From positions 1-33,619 of IMG/VR virus record IMGVR_UViG_3300032216_001682: a stretch of DNA of 33,619 nucleotides; one strand, written 5' to 3'. Below, in pieces: positions 31,918 to 33,619 of this stretch. The translations under genes and the position numbers were made by a program. The notes under the pieces were generated by a model. That model was not told where the DNA came from and ran no database searches. It saw only the letters and a program-made list of their open reading frames with translations. The DNA is from a virus. Taxonomy: Duplodnaviria; Caudoviricetes. Numbering within the stretch: position 1 is the stretch's first letter; every line of letters starts with the position of its first letter.

Positions 31918-33619
31918 GCGGAAATGTCGCCATCAACCGGGAAACCGGCGAAATCCTGGTCATTTCACCGCAGGGCGAATGGGCGCCGGCGCAGCGCGCC
32001 CGCAACCCGCAGACTGGCGAGGACTTGTTCAATGATGGCGCTATGTGGCGGCCGGTTCCTGCCGCGCCTGCACCACGCCCGCCCGATGAGGGCATGCGCC
32101 AGATCGGCCTAGGCACGCGCGCGACGGCGCAGGGCTTGGCGGCCATTCCCGGCGTGCTTTACGACGCGGCCGGCGGCATCATCAACATGGGTGTTGATGC
32201 GTTAAATTCGCTGGCTCCGCGTGAACAGTCGCTTTCTGGACTGGTGACAGGCGAGCAGCCGCGCCCGAGCTGGCAGTTACCGCGCGTGCGAACTGCGCGC
32301 GAGAACGTCGGTTCCGTTTTGGATGCTGCCGGCGCCCCTGAGCCTGCCACGCCAGCCGAGCGCATTATGGGCGCGGGCATTGAGGGTGCCGCATCCATCA
32401 TCCCCAGCATGGGCGCTGGGGTGGCATTGCAAGCCGCAAGGGCTCCGGGGGCTGTGCAATCTGTGGCGCAGGCCAGTGCAGCGGCACGGCCAATGGCGGC
32501 CCCGGCGTCCATGGGCAACCTGGCTGCGCCCACTGGCCCGCTGACTCAGATGCTTCTAACCCCAATGTCCACGCAGATCGCAGCGGGCGCGGGTGGCGGC
32601 GTAGCGCAGCAGGGTGCGGTCGAAAGCGGCGCTGGCCCGGTCGGACAGCTTGCGGCAAACTTGGGCGGCGGCGTGACCGCAGCGGGCGGCGCGGAGCTAT
32701 TGCGCGGCGGCGGCAGGCTGGCCTCATCGCTCCTTGAGCCACTGACCGAAGCGGGGCGCCAGCGCATCGTGGCTGAAGCGCATTTGCGCTCAACGCCTTC
32801 GCCAGAAACGCTGGCCACGCGGCTGCAGCAGGGGTTGGCGGATACCGGCAACCGGCTACCTGAGAGCGTTCCCACATTTGGAGAGGCGGCGCGCGATCCT
32901 GCCCTGTTGCGGGTGGAAAGCAGCGTTCGGTCTGGCGCACTGGGGCCGATTGCTCAGTCCACCATGGGTGATGCGGACTTCGCCCGAAACGCCACGCGCA
33001 CGCAGGCAATTGAGGCCATGGGCGACGGCGCCACGCCAGACGTTCGCGGCGCTACCATTCGCCGGGCGCTCCAAGGCGCTGAGGAGGGCATGGGCGCGCG
33101 GGTGGATCAGTTGTTCAACCTTGCCCGGGACCGCAACACGTCGCGTTATTCGGTTCAGCCGGTGCTGCAAGATGCGCGCGCGGCCACGCGGATGTTTGAC
33201 CCAGCCCAGGGCGGCGGCGGCGTGCCTGCCGAGCTGCAGAGCGTCATTGACGACATTGCGAACCTGCGGGCTGTGGATTTGTCGCAAGCGCAGAACATCC
33301 GCGCGCGGCTGGGTGAGATTGCAGGCCGCGCCAGTATGGCGGGAGATAACCGCCTGGCGTCGGCTGCTGGGAGCATATCCACCTCGCTGGAAAATACGAT
33401 AGACGACCCACGATGGATGCAGGCGGTGGAAGCCCGGCGCACAATGGGCGGCAATCTGGGCCGCGATGACACCGGCACCAATGCGGTCGGCGGCATCATG
33501 CGCAATGACCGTTTCGGCGCCCCCATGGCTTCCAACGAAGCTGTCCCACGCCAAGCGCTCAGCAGCCCCGACGCTGTGCGCCAAGTGGTGCGGTCCAGCC
33601 TTCAAGGCATTGACGACGC
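31914..33619 (+). CDS. Large internal virion/ejection protein, N-terminal part (continues through the junction to 781; about 787 aa)
   Basis: GAGGTGG SD and ATGA overlap; MSGNVAINRETGEILVISPQGEW... It is in frame with the ORF at 2-781 and presumably missing from the track because no stop lies in the window. Confidence 0.85.
   Translation, partial: MSGNVAINRETGEILVISPQGEWAPAQRARNPQTGEDLFNDGAMWRPVPAAPAPRPPDEGMRQIGLGTRATAQGLAAIPGVLYDAAGGIINMGVDALNSLAPREQSLSGLVTGEQPRPSWQLPRVRTARENVGSVLDAAGAPEPATPAERIMGAGIEGAASIIPSMGAGVALQAARAPGAVQSVAQASAAARPMAAPASMGNLAAPTGPLTQMLLTPMSTQIAAGAGGGVAQQGAVESGAGPVGQLAANLGGGVTAAGGAELLRGGGRLASSLLEPLTEAGRQRIVAEAHLRSTPSPETLATRLQQGLADTGNRLPESVPTFGEAARDPALLRVESSVRSGALGPIAQSTMGDADFARNATRTQAIEAMGDGATPDVRGATIRRALQGAEEGMGARVDQLFNLARDRNTSRYSVQPVLQDARAATRMFDPAQGGGGVPAELQSVIDDIANLRAVDLSQAQNIRARLGEIAGRASMAGDNRLASAAGSISTSLENTIDDPRWMQAVEARRTMGGNLGRDDTGTNAVGGIMRNDRFGAPMASNEAVPRQALSSPDAVRQVVRSSLQGIDD
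33497..33619 (+). repeat. Terminal direct repeat, identical to 1-123
   Basis: Exact 123-bp match. Confidence 0.97.

Overview
The window looks like a complete, circularly assembled genome of a temperate P22-like podovirus. Bases 1-123 are repeated exactly at 33497-33619, giving a unit length of 33,496 bp, and one ORF reads through the junction. The high GC content and an alphaproteobacterial-type LexA box suggest an alphaproteobacterial host (inference). Gene order: tail fibre; HigBA toxin-antitoxin moron; metallophosphoesterase; holin, spanins and endolysin; attP and tyrosine integrase; early-left recombination genes (RecT-like, Gp157); cI/cro switch; early-right replication genes (RusA, HNH, initiator); terminases; portal, scaffold and coat; tail adaptor and nozzle; ejection proteins. 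The main findings are as follows. (1) A 236-aa intein in TerL has an intact HNH endonuclease gene overprinted in another reading frame. (2) A conserved GUGA-tetraloop hairpin lies upstream of the portal, scaffold and coat genes; in two cases it sits between a displaced Shine-Dalgarno and the AUG. (3) The attP carries the 5' half of tRNA-Thr(GGT) with a candidate promoter, next to a LexA box, while the repressor lacks a self-cleavage domain. (4) A C16 homopolymer lies in the immunity region. (5) An ejection protein is built from 11- and 18-residue repeats and ends in an S74 chaperone domain. All product calls come from motif recognition and synteny; no database searches were run.
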